Below, piece after piece: positions 48,961 through 61,739 of a stretch of 64,000 nt of DNA (position 1 is the stretch's first letter; the number at the start of each line of letters is the position of its first letter). The notes below the pieces were generated by a model, which was not told the DNA's origin, searched no databases, and was given only the letters and a program-made list of their open reading frames with translations. Made by a program: the position numbers and the translations under genes. The stretch comes from Neoechinorhynchus agilis (taxonomy: Eukaryota; Animalia; Acanthocephala): NCBI GenBank assembly GCA_051530055.1, contig CM121341.1, positions 8,224,784 through 8,288,783 of the forward strand, given 5' to 3'.

Positions 48961-50634
48961 TGTACCGACACAAGGTGCTAAAAAGTGCCTAAAGAATGGT
49001 ACGCCTTAAAAGGAACCATGGAAGCGGTTGTCAGGCGTGCGACGAATGCGTGAAAAAGAACATCCGAAACTAGAAGACGTTACTCAGCTATGTGAGTTCG
49101 TCGCGTCGAGATATCAAAAATGCCGAGACGTGTACATGACTGCGCACATAAAGCATTTCTGAATTATGGGGGTTTTGTTTAAAAAAGTATTTTGGCTACA
49201 GTGTTCTCAAACGAAAAGGGAAAATATTGTTTTGAACGGGAAAACAAATACCATTAGCATTCGTGGTTCGTCTTTCTAAATAGTTCTTTCATTCTTGCAA
49301 AACAATCATAAGATTGAAAGTTTATTTGTTTTCAGCATGAAATCTGTGTACATCTTTTTGAATTTGCAACCAATATTCACGAAAAAAAAGGAAATTATTA
49401 TAAAAACGTTTCGCTTCCAACGTTCGTTGCATCAGGTGGCAGTTCTCACTTTGCCTTGTGAAAATAAGAAACATTTCCTAGCTTTGGTATAACGTGGGGA
49501 AAAGGGCGGTCACGCTTATTAGGCGCAAGATATTAACTGAGAATCGATATAGATGCTTTAAAGGTCAATGCGAAACGATACGCTAAAGAACGTGCTATTC
49601 AAAGCTCGAACTAAGACTCAAGAACGTTGAGAAATACTGTCAAACCCCACGAATATCCAAATAAACAGTTCGATAATATCTTCGTTATTAAAAACGGTAA
49701 AGCATATCATTTTACTGTTTAATCACTGAAAGAGAAAATCCTTCGGGTTAATCAAAGTATACTTTTGGTGAAATAATCAACCGGTTATAACTTATTTGAG
49801 ATATTTCGAAGGAGGCAACTTCGCTAACATATTTTTAAAAACTCATAAAAATATCGTGAACAAACAAAGGAACCAATAAATCCTTTTAATTTTTAGCCCA
49901 TACGCCAAACATTTCACTGGTTCACCAAAATTGAGTCGAGACACATCCAAAAATTCTAAATATTAATAAGGATATTCGGGTAAAATCTCAGTTCCCATTA
50001 ATCCATGTTTGATAGGGAAACATCTAATCCTATTCAGCGTCCATTCCGAATGGAAAATGCGATAATCTCAAGTAATTAATCGTAGGAATGTGCCCAAACA
50101 AATTTAGAAATTTTCATAAGTTATGTCTATGACAAATAAGATCTTTAGCGTAATCAATAAACAAGCGAACTACAAATTAGATGCATATATATCCAAAAAT
50201 TGCGTAAACATTTGAACTACTTTACAATTCCGAAGATTCAGTTAAAGATTTCGAAAAATCTTATAAATTCGCATCCACATGGAAAATTGTAAAGCATTCC
50301 ATTTTCGAATTATAAACCACAGAACAATAATGAGCACCATTGATTCTCGTTCGATTTAAAGAAACAAACTTGCATGAACAAAGCAGAATATTTTCATAAA
50401 AGACTTAAGATTAAATATACGAAAATTAGTAGTCTTTTTAGCCGTCCGTTCGATTGAATGAAGCTTCGGTCCTTATAAATATTTTTTATTTTTAACTAAA
50501 AAATAATACATCTTACAAGAATCAAAAGATGTACAAAATCCATGCTTAATGAATTCTTCGAAAACCATTCAGGCTAAGAAACTCGAATGTTCTAAAGTTC
50601 AATATTAAAGGCTTCAACAAATGCCACCTATAAA

Positions 50635-53600
50635 AATTTCATATGAATAAAAAAATACGAATTATGTGCACCTGTTCGCAAAAAGCATTCGAATGTTTTG
50701 AATAACAGAATCTGACGTCATTGATTGTAAACAATTCTTTCTTTGAGACCGTCACAGGATTCTTCTTCAAAGAATGCATAAAAGTATTGAAGGCAAATTC
50801 CGCATTTTTATTGATCAATTAAGATTTTTCACTTTTAGCTTCTAACGAGCAAATAAACAAAGACGGTTGTTATCGTAAACATTTTACTGTTGACATTCAC
50901 ATTTCGCTTCGGCGCGCACTTCGATGTTGATTCCGCTGTAATGTCAGCAAGGCGGAGTTTTTTGATGAACGTCATTTCTATAAGCCAAAAACCAACATTT
51001 TTCGCTTTTATGGGAGATGCCCAATACAAAAATTCAACTGAATAAAAAATACGAATTATGTGCACCTGTGCAAAAAAACATTCGAATGTTAATAACAGAA
51101 TCTGACGTCATTGATTGTAAACAACTCTTTCTTTGCGAGGACTTCATCACCACAATTTTCGAAATGCATAAAAGTATTTAAATAGGCAAATTCCGCATTT
51201 TTATTGATCAATTGAGATTTTTCACTTTGACGTTCTTACGAGCAAATAAACAAAGACGGTTGTTATCGTCAGCGTTTTACTGTTGACATTCACATTTCGC
51301 TTTCGGCGCGCACTTCGATGTTGATTCCGCTGTAATGTCAGCAAGACGGAGGTTTTTTGATGAACGTCATTTCTGTAAGCCAAAAACCAACATTTTTCGC
51401 TTTGTAGGAGATGCCCAATACAAAAAATTCAACTGAATAAAAAGATACGAATTATGCGCACCTGTGCCAAAAAAACATTCGAATGTTAATAACAGAATCT
51501 GACGTCATTGATTGTAAACAACTCTTTCTTTGAGACCGTCACAGGATTCTTCTTCAAAGAATGCATAAAAGTATTGAAGGCAAATTCCGCATTTTTATTG
51601 ATCAATTAGGATTTTTCACTTTTAGCTTCTAACGAGCAAATCAACAAAGACGGTTGTTATCGTAAACATTTTACTGTTGACATTCACATTTCGCTTCGGC
51701 GCGCACTTCGATGTTGATTCCGCTGTAATGTCAGCAAGACGGAGTTTTTTGATGGAGCATCATTTCTATAAGCCAAAAACCAACATTTTTCGCTTTTATG
51801 GGAGATGCCCAATACAAAAAATTCAACTGAATAAAAAGATACGAATTATGTGCACCTGTGCCAAAAAAACATTCGAATGTTAATAACAGAATCTGACGTC
51901 ATTGATTGTAAACAATTCTTTCTTTGAGACCGTCACAGGATTCTTCTTCAAAGAATGCATAAAAGTATTGAAGGCAAATTCCGCATTTTTATTGATCAAT
52001 TAAGATTTTTCACTTTTAGCTTCTAACGAGCAAATCAACAAAGACGGTTGTTGTCGTAAACATTTTACTGTTGACATTCACATTTCGCTTCGGCGCGCAC
52101 TTCGATGTTGATTCCGCTGTAATGTCAGCAAGACGGAGTTTTTTGATGAACGTCATTTCTATAAGCCAAAAACCAACATTTTTCGCTTTTATGGGAGATG
52201 CCCAATACAAAAAATTCAACTGAATAAAAAAATACGAATTATGTGCACCTGTTCGCAAAAAGCATTCGAATGTTTTGAATAACAGAATCTGACGTCATTG
52301 ATTGTAAACAATTCTTTCTTTGAGACCGTCACAGGATTCTTCTTCAAAGAATGCATAAAAGTATTGACAAATTCCGCATTTTTATTGATCAATTAGGATT
52401 TTCACTTTTTAGCTTCTAACGAGCAAATAAACAAAGACGGTTGTTATCGTCGATAAGCATTTTACTGTTGACATTCACATTCGCTTCGGCGCGCACTTCG
52501 ATGTTGATTCCGCTGCAATGTCAACCGCAAGACGAGTTTTGATGAACGTCATTTCTGTAAATGAAAACCCAACATTTTCACTTTGTAGGAATGCAATACA
52601 AAAAATTCGCTGAATAAAAAAATACGAATTATGTGCACCTGTACCAAAAAAAACATTCGAATGTTAATAACAGAATCTGACGTCATCGATTGTAAACAAC
52701 TCTTTCTTTGAGACCGTCACAGGATTCTTCTTCAAAGAATGCATAAAAGTATTGAGAGAGCAAATTCCGCATTTTTTGTTAATTAATTGAGATTTTTCAC
52801 TTTGACGTTCTTGCAGGCAAATAAACAAAGACGGTTGTTATCGTAAACATTTTACTGTTTACATTCACATTTCGCTTCGGCGCGCACTTCGATGTTGATT
52901 CCGCTGTAATGTCAGCAAGACGGAGTTTTTTGATGAACGTCATTTCTATAAGCCAAAAACCAACATTTTTCGCTTTTATGGGAGATGCTAAATACAAAAA
53001 ATTCAACTGAATAAAAAAATACGAATTATGCGCACCTGTGCCAAAAAAAAATTCGAATGTTAATAACAGAATCTGACGTCATTGATTGTAAACAACTCTT
53101 TCTTTGAGACCGTCACAGGATTCTTCTTCAAAGAATGCATAAAAGTATTGAAGAAGAGCAAGTTTCCCGCATTTTTTATTGATCAATTAAAGGATTTTTC
53201 ACTTTGACGTTCTTACGAGCAAATCAACAAAGACGGTTGTTATGGTAAACATTTTACTGTTGACATTCACATTTCGCTTCGGCGCGAACTTCGATGTTGA
53301 TTCCGCTGTAATGTCAGCAAGGCGGAGTTTTTTGATGAACGTCATTTCTATAAGCCAAAAACCAACATTTTTCGCTTTTATGGGAGATGCCCAATACAAA
53401 AAATTAAACTGAATAAAAAAATACGAATTATGTGCACCTGTGCCAAAAAAACATTCGAATGTTAATAACAGAATCTGACGTCATTGATTGTAAACAACTC
53501 TTTCTTTGAGACCGTCACAGGATTCTTCTTCAAAGAATGCATAAAAGTATTGAAGGCAAATTCCGCATTTTTATTGATCAATTGAGATTTTTCACTTTGA

Positions 53601-56588
53601 CGTTCTTACGAGCAAATAAACAAAGACGGTTGTTATCGTCAACATTTTACTGTTTACATTCACATTTCGCTTCGGCGCGCACTTCGATGTTGATTCCGCT
53701 GTAATGTCAGCAAGACGGAGTTTTTTGATGAACGTCATTTCTATAAGCCAAAAACCAACATTTTTCGCTTTTATGGGAGATGCCCAATACAAAAAATTCA
53801 ACTGAATAAAAAGATACGAATTATGCGCACCTGTGCCAAAAAAACATTCGAATGTTAATAACAGAATCTGACGTCATTGATTGTAAACAACTCTTTCTTT
53901 GAGACCGTCACAGGATTCTTCTTCAAAGAATGCATAAAAGTATTGAAGGCAAATTCCGCATTTTTATTGATCAATTAGGATTTTTCACTTTGACGTTCTT
54001 ACGAGCAAATCAACAAAGACGGTTGTTATCGTAAACATTTTACTGTTGACATTCACATTTCGCTTCGGCGCGCACTTCGATGTTGATTCCGCTGTAATGT
54101 CAGCAAGACGGAGTTTTTTGATGAACGTCATTTCTATAAGCCAAAAACCAACATTTTTCGCTTTTATGGGAGATGCCCAATACAAAAAATTCAACTGAAT
54201 AAAAAAATACGAATTATGTGCACCTGTGCCAAAAAAACATTCGAATGTTAATAACAGAATCTGACGTCATTGATTGTAAACAACTCTTTCTTTGAGACCG
54301 TCACGAGTTCTTCTTCAAAGAATGCATAAAAGTATTGACAAATTCCGCATTTTATTGATCAGTTAAGTTTTTCACTTTTAGCTTCTAACGAGCAAATCAA
54401 CAAAGACGGTTGTTATCGTCAACATTTTACTGTTGACATTCACATTTCGCTTCGGCGCGCACTTCGATGTTGATTCCGCTGTAATGTCAGCAAGACGGAG
54501 TTTTTTGATGAACGTCATTTCTATGAGCCAAAAACCAATATTTTCGCTTTTGTGGGAGATGCCCAATACAAAAAATTCAACTGAATAAAAAGATACGAAT
54601 TATGTGCACCTGTGCCAAAAAAAAATTCGAATGTTAATAACAGAATCTGACGTCATTGATTGTAAACAACTCTTTCTTTGAGACCGTCACAGGATTCTTC
54701 TTCAAAGAATGCATAAAAGTATTGAAGGCAAATTCCGCATTTTTATTGATCAATTAGGATTTTTCACTTTTAGCTTCTAACGAGCAAATAAACAAAGACG
54801 GTTGTTATCGTCAACATTTTACTGTTGACATTCACATTTCGCTTCGGCGCGCACTTCGATGTTGATTCCGCTGTAACGTCAGCAAGACGGAGTTTTTTGA
54901 TGAACGTCATTTCTATAAGCCAAAAACCAACATTTTTCGCTTTGTAGGAGATGCCCAATACAAAAAATTCAACTGAATAAAAAGATACGAATTATGTGCA
55001 CCTGTGCCAAAAAAACATTCGAATGTTAATAACAGAATCTGACGTCATTGATTGTAAACAACTCTTTCTTTGAGACAAATACTGATTCTTCTTCAAAGAA
55101 TGCATAAAAGTATTGAAGGCAAATTCCGCATTTTTATTGATCAATTAGGATTTTTCACTTTGACGTTCTTACGAGCAAATCAACAAAGACGGTTGTTATC
55201 GTAAACATTTTACTGTTTACATTCACATTTCGCTTCGGCGCGCACTTCGATGTTGATTCCGCTGTAATGTCAGCAAAGTGCGGAGTTTTTTGATGAACGT
55301 CATTTCTATGAGCCGAAAACGTAATTTCGCTTTTGGGAGATGCAATACAAAAAATTCAACTGAATAAAAAATGCGAATTATGTGCACCTGTGCAAAAAAG
55401 CACTTCGAATGTTAATAACAGAATCTGACGTCATTGATTGTAAACAACTCTTTGAGACCGTCACAGGATTCTTCTTCAAAGAATGCATACAAAAGTATTG
55501 ACAAATTCACATTTTATTGATCAATTGAGATTTTTTCACTTTGACGTTCTTACGAGCAAATAAACAAAAAGACGGTTGTTATCGTCAACGTGCCTGTTGA
55601 CATTCACATTGCCGGCGCGCACTTCGATGTTGATTCCGCTGTAATGTCAGCAAGACGGAGTTTTTGATGAACGTCATTTCTATGAGCCAAAAACCAATAA
55701 TTTCGCTTTTGTGGGAGAGATGCAATACAAAAAATTCGCTGAATAAAAATACGAATTATGTACCTGTGCCAAAAAAAAATTCGAATGTTAATAACAGAAT
55801 CTGACGTCATTGATTGTAAACAATTCTTTCTTTGAGACCGTCACAGGATTCTTCTTCAAAGAATGCATAAAAGTATTGAAGGCAAATTCCGCATTTTTAT
55901 TGATCAATTGAGATTTTTCACTTTGACGTTCTTACGAGCAAATAGCGTAGACGGTTATTCTCATCAACATTTTTACTGTTAGCATTCACATTTTCGCTTC
56001 AACTGCACTTCGATGTTGATTCCGCTGTAATGTCAGCAAGACGGAGTTTTTTGATGAACGTCATTTCTATAAGCCAAAAACCAACATTTTTCGCTTTTAT
56101 GGGAGATGCCCAATACAAAAAATTCAACTGAATAAAAAAATACGAATTATGTGCACCTGTGCCAAAAAAACATTCGAATGTTTTGAATAACAGAATCTGA
56201 CGTCATTGATTGTAAACAACTCTTTCTTTGAGACCGTCACAGGATTCTTCTTCAAAGAATGCATAAAAGTATTGAAGGCAAATTCCGCATTTTTATTGAT
56301 CAATTAAGATTTTTCACTTTTAGCTTCTAACGAGCAAATAAACAAAGACGGTTGTTATCGTAAACATTTTACTGTTGACATTCACATTTCGCTTCGGCGC
56401 AAACTTCGATGTTGATTCCGCTGTAATGTCAGCAAGGCGGAGTTTTTTGATGAACGTCATTTCTATAAGCCAAAAACCAACATTTTTCGCTTTTATGGGA
56501 GATGCCCAATACAAAAAATTAAACTGAATAAAAAGATACGAATTATGTGCACCTGTTCGCAAAAAACATTCGAATGTTTTTAATAACA
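50635..56588. repeat. Tandem array, ~393-bp unit, ~15 copies
   Basis: Recurrent small ORFs are spaced 393 bp apart (53592, 53985, 54378). Unit contains gaatctgacgtcattgattgtaaacaactctttctttgagaccgtcacagg. Confidence 0.95.
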
Positions 56589-56809
56589 GTGTAAAGCTCC
56601 ATAAAATTTTCAAGGTTGGACTCTAAATAGCGAGGAGCTGGCTTGATAAACTGGAATTTTTATAATAGCTAGAGTTGACCAATTGCCGACGTTTCAGAGA
56701 TTTATTCTTTCCATCTTCTCAGGGTAACGTTAACAGTCACACAATTTGTCAAGCGCGCACGTAGAACCCAGCGTTAAACTAACGCTGACTTTAGCAATCA
56801 ATTGTCACA

Positions 56810-57358
56810 CTAATCGTAGAGTTTGAGAGTATTAAACATCTCATTGAATTTGATATTGATAATTGGTTTGTCGTTTTTAATGATTAATGCTTCGGCGGTT
56901 CTCAGTCTGTGCCTGTCGGTATCTTTGACAAGGATCTTGAAACATTTCTCAAATGGCGTTGGGTAGGATTCGTTGTGCGATTCATCCATGTGCTTCCTAA
57001 TAGCGCTCGCTTTATATGTATGTTGGTTGATTCTGTCACTCAACTTGCAAGTTGTGTAGCCAACATAAGACGCGTTACAGCCGTCTTTATTGCATGTAAA
57101 TTTGTAGACAACGTTACAGGTGTCAAGAACTGCAGTTCTGGTTTTTTCTGTCAAACATGAGTGGAGCGTTTTTGTTTTGTAAAAGCAACGGACGTCTATT
57201 CTTTTCGAGCTGTCTGTCGGCTTCGTGTGTTTATCCAGTATATCTTGCAGCTCCTTCTTTTCTCGTTTCTCGTTTGATGGATCGTCCGTTTCATAGTAGA
57301 AGGGTATTGTGTTGTCGTTTGGAATCTCTAATGGCGTACAAAGTTTCTTGTAGGCTCG
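56810..57358 (-). mobile_element. 3' fragment of a Penelope-like element, Naiad-type GIY-YIG endonuclease
   Basis: Frame is open from ~57358: FYYET..EKKELQDIL..VRCFYKTKTL..NVVYKFTCNKDGCNASYVGYTTCKLSDRINQH..SAIRKHM..LRTAEALIIK.DKP.IN. The CxxxxC between the GIY and YIG motifs is typical of Naiad. Confidence 0.75.
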
Positions 57359-57699
57359 TTAAGGTGAGATGCAAAGCCTCCTTGAGGGATCAAAATCTTT
57401 TCTCGGGCAGCTTACAATAATTCCAACAGAGTTACTTGATGGTCGACAGGTAGATCTGGAGAATGGAGAAGCATTAAGAAGATACCAAGCCGAACATCAG
57501 GGCAAAATTAGCTGGAACGATGGGTCAATCGCCTTTAAGCGAGATAAATGATCCGTTTGAAGGTTTTTAAGAGCGTGTATTATTATGTGTAATTTATAGT
57601 TGTTGTTTCGCACTTTTTCTGAATAGTGCCTAAAGCATGGAATCACGGTATTTTTCAATACACATAAGTGCCCTTTATCGAACTGCCTTAAAAAATTTA

Positions 57700-58889
57700 A
57701 AACCCCGTCGATACTTTCGTTGCTATGCGGTAGAGTGAGTGCTCTCTCGGCTCATGAACCCTTGTTTCTCATAAAGAACGCGCTCTTCATCCCCAAATTA
57801 TTGTACAAGGTTCACACAGCAACATTTTTCAAACATAAGGAAGGATTGGCTAAGCTCGACGGCAAGGTGAGGGCTTGTCTCGAGCGTATTTTAAATGTCC
57901 AGCTCTCAGATGAGGCGTGGCGACAAGCTTCTTTGCCTGTGTCATCTGGGGGATTGGGAATTCGGGCACTAGTCGACCTTGCTTTGCCGGCCTTTCTTGG
58001 ATAGTTTGAGGGGAGCTTACCAGTCTCGAAGAAAATTTTGAAGGAAAAGTTCTGTCTTGACCGGGATTTCGAGGTGGCAGTTGAGGAATGGTGCCACCAG
58101 ACAGGCGCTAACCATCTTCCCGTGAATGGCCTCAGGCAGTCGATCTGGGACGGACCTCCTGTCGCGAGAGCTCACAGCTCTCTACTTTCCGGTTTTCGCG
58201 ATGGGGTCGTCAGAGCTAGATTGTTGGCAGTTTCGACACGAGAATCGGGGGCGTGGTTTGAGGCTGTTCCTCTGGCATCAGTAGGAACTCTTCTTACTGA
58301 TGATGTAACGAGGATCTCAGTATCCTTAAGACTTGGTCTCCAGATATGCACGCCCATCGCTCTCGATGTGGGTCTTTGGTTGATGCTTTCGGACGACACG
58401 GTCTCGTTTGCCGAAAGTCAGAAGGAAGGTTCTCACGCCATTCTGAGATCAACAGCGTAATTTCTCGGGCGTTGAGAACGGCGAACTTCCCTAACATCCT
58501 GGAACGCGCGCACCTTTGTCCACTAGACGGCCGTAGGCCCGATGGAATTTCGGTCTTCCCGTGGCGGGAGGGCAAATGCCTTCTCTGGGACGCCGCGTGT
58601 GTGGACACCCTCGCAGCCAGCAACATCCGCTACTCCCTCGAAATCGCCGGTGGTGCCGCCAGTGCAGCGGAAGGGAGGAAAATACGGAAATATCTTCACT
58701 TATCGAGGGCTAGCTCGGCACTCTCTGCTCCAGGATGTCTCGAAGAAATTGAGAGAGGCAACCGGAGACTCAAGAGCAGGCGTATTCCTTCGACAAAATA
58801 TCTCACTGGCGGTACAACGGGGCAATGCTGCCAGTGTGATGGCGACGGTCGAGGAAGGACAAAAGCTGGAATTTGGCGGGAGGTGGTGA
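57700..58889 (+). mobile_element. 5'-truncated CRE-clade non-LTR retrotransposon (second, diverged copy)
   Basis: LFLIKNALFIPKLLY, QASLPVSSGGLGIR, RSRCG..DAFGRHGLVC..SRH.EIN, RRPDG..PWREGKCLLWDA.CVDTLA, SLAVQRGNAASV; frameshifts present. Confidence 0.85.
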
Positions 58890-59830
58890 GTGTGCTTCAA
58901 ACAGATTGTTTTAATTGTTAAAATATATTATATTTTTCAAAAAAACCATTGTATTTCGTTATCAATTGACAATGAAGAACGCACAGCTTCGTGAAACTTT
59001 AAAATTTATGTGAATAAATGCAATAATTGTGGAGAAATTTCAGAGCGGGCAAAAGATCGTTACAAAAAGTGCTAGTTTTTACTTCATCTTTAAATATCTT
59101 ATTATAACTCAAACATTCCATGTGTAGGTGTCTAAATATTATTAAATCTTTTCACCGCAAATGAAGACTATAAAATATGAATTGTTCAAAATTGTATAGA
59201 ATTACAGCAGAAAAATAACCGCGGCCACTTCAAATGAATCGTGTGAGGGACGCTTTAAAATAATGGAAGGTACCAAATGTAAATTAACATCACTCACCTG
59301 TCTAAATAGATGCATTCTAAATAATCGGTCAAGCTTCTAGCGACGTCTACGATAAGATCGAATTATAATTAAAAGTGACCGAAGAAAGTGCTGGTAAAGT
59401 TTTCGGGCTGTAAAATAGATACGATTGCAAGGATCGAGATAAGAATATGAAAAGCATTTGCTATTTATTATACCACTTCACGGGCTGAGTATTTCTGTTA
59501 GACCAATCTAATGATTACAATAGTCGTATAATTGCTTTAAAAATATCATCCCGGCACGCAGATAATTTCGTTGTTAGGTGCTATCACATCTAAGAGCTCA
59601 TTTGCTAACGGTTGAGTTTTGCGTATAATTCGATGTCTTCGGTGATAAGTACTACTCACAATAAAAGCTTTTCTCTAGATTCTCAACTCTGCACACGAAA
59701 CGGCATATACGATTCTTAGTTGTTAGCAAAAAGCCGAATGACTAATCACTAAATGTAAGTCAAACCTACTTTCCTTTGCTATAATAGTCGCTCCCGTTGT
59801 TCATTCAAAAAGAGAAGTACATTGGCTTGA

Positions 59831-61502
59831 ATGAATACCAACTCCGAAATAGTTACGCCTACGGATTCTACTCAAGTCGGGTGGACTTTTTGGTTAACAA
59901 TATCGTGTGTGACGGTAACAATGTCCGCTTCGTTTGCATTCGGATACGGAATCGGTGCGCCTAACCTGTACACTGACTTCACTGAACCTTTCTTAAGGAG
60001 TAAATTCGGTCCATGCGATGTTCTCAATGTATATGTCCGAAGAATTTACAATTGTTCGAATCAAGAGCCAACCAGCGATACCACTACAAGCATTAAAAAC
60101 GAACTTCTAAACGGCCTTCCTCAGACTATATTTATCCTCGGCTGCTTTAAATTAAATGAATATTGATTATAATTAGCGGATATCGTTTATAAATCAATAA
60201 GCATTTCATATTGGATCTCTAACAGGCGGATACTTTTCACAGACTCAAGAAAGTGGCCATATATCGAGATTATTTACGAGAAGAAGGGCGTTTCATTTCA
60301 ATTTTCCGTTTATCTATGCAAGTTCAATTCTAATGATGGCCGCTTATTTCATCAAATCTCCATTTCTTTTTTATTTATCCCGTCTATTTCACGGATATCA
60401 AAGCGGAATGGCTTGTGCGATCGTGCCTGTTTATATAAACGAGATATCCTCAAAAAAGATCCGTGGTTCAGTTGGAGTAATGCATCAAGGCTTCATTACA
60501 ATCGGTATTTTCTTGGCACAGGTAATAGCGTTCCGATTGGCAGGATATCGAACATGGGTTTATGGGATGACGGTTGTCACAATTCCGTGTTTGATCGCAC
60601 ATTGTATGATTCCCATTCTCCCCGATAGTCCGGAACAGCTAATCCTGGTAAAAGACAATAAGGTTGAAGGTATAAAGGCCCTTCGCAGACTCAGAGGCGT
60701 TGAAGATGTAAGTGCAGATATTGCTCTAATTCAATCTTCATCATCGAGTGAAAGTTCAAACGAAAAGGTTAAATCCATTATGGAAATGATCAATAGTACA
60801 CAAACTAAATGGGCGGTCATAACTAGTCTTGCTATTTTAACAGTTCAAGCGCTTTCAGGTATCAATGCGATCTTCTTCTATTCCAGTAAAGTTTTCAAAA
60901 CTGCCGGTATAAATGACGATAATCTTCCTTACGCAAATGCATCCGCTGGACTTTTGAACGTTTTGGCCACTATAATAGCAGTTTACTTGATTGAAAAAGC
61001 AGGTCGTAAAGCTCTTCTCATTTATCCAATGACAGGAATGCTTTTTGTGTTTGTTGGGCTCACCGCCACTATTCAACTAAATGAAAGTAGACAATCTGCA
61101 GCGCTTGGAATCGTTTCAGTTTTACTCACGTTAATATTTATATGCCTGTTTGCAGTCGGACTTGGACCAATCGGTTTCATTTACCCCAATGAAGTTATAA
61201 GACAATCGTCCCGGGATAGTGTTCTAAGAGCTGGATTATGTTTGAACTATGCCGGAAACCTTCTTATATCCCTTTTGTTTCCTGCAATTAATGCAGTATT
61301 GAGAGGCTACTCTTTCATGCTTTTCTTCACAATTGTAGCTATGGGACTCGGTTTGCTACTTGCAAAGATGCCAGAGACTAAAAACAAAACCGTTGAAGAA
61401 ATCGAAAGGTTTTGGTTGAAGAGTAAAACGATTCCACATGAACAAACAACCCCTTTCTCTGTTTCAGCTAAACTAAGACAATCTGAAGGACCAACTGTTT
61501 AA
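59831..61502 (+). CDS. MFS sugar porter (GLUT/SLC2A-like), two coding blocks
   Basis: SFAFGYGIG, VPVYINEIS..IRGSVG..Q..ITIGI, PDSPEQL, QALSGINAIFFYS, EKAGRK, AVGLGPI, PETKNKTVEEI. The second frame is open from ~60201 (IGSLTGG..RRRA). Confidence 0.93.
60148..60210 (+). other. TA-bounded 61-bp hairpin interruption of the GLUT-like gene
   Basis: TA at 60148-49 and 60209-10; stem aaatg/cattt, tattgatt/aatcaata, ataa/ttat. Removal gives IFILGCFIGSLTGG. Confidence 0.65.
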
Positions 61503-61739
61503 TTAAAAAAATTGTTTTATGTGTATGAATAATTTTGAAATTGGCTATGAAGGTATTACGAAAATCCGCAGTCCACGAACGGAAACAGATCAGCCATATA
61601 TTTAACGAAAAGGATATTGTAAAGAAGATTGAACATCCGTTAATTGTACATTTATGCATTAATACTTATTTACTCACACAATCGTGTTTTTTGAGTAATG
61701 GCAGATTTTATACCAAGATTGAAGATATTGATCTTTTGC

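Noticed and set aside
50835-56613. Many near-identical small ORFs (for example YWASPIKAKNVGFWLIEMTF...) as a peptide gene family
   Set aside because: They are by-products of the 393-bp repeat; starts vary, many copies are frameshifted, and there is no recognisable motif. The same applies to ORFs in the 134-bp and 239-bp arrays.
56670-56730. Hammerhead ribozyme in the Penelope-like terminal repeat (CTGAGAA...GAAAC on the minus strand); similar TTGACGA...GAAAC at ~23450-23490
   Set aside because: The core deviates from CUGANGA and I could not build convincing stems by eye; an Infernal search is needed.
56700-56810. SECIS element in the Naiad 3' flank (GTGA-N12-AAA on the minus strand)
   Set aside because: The 3' GA of the quartet is not positioned correctly, and there is no Sec codon in the intact part of the ORF.
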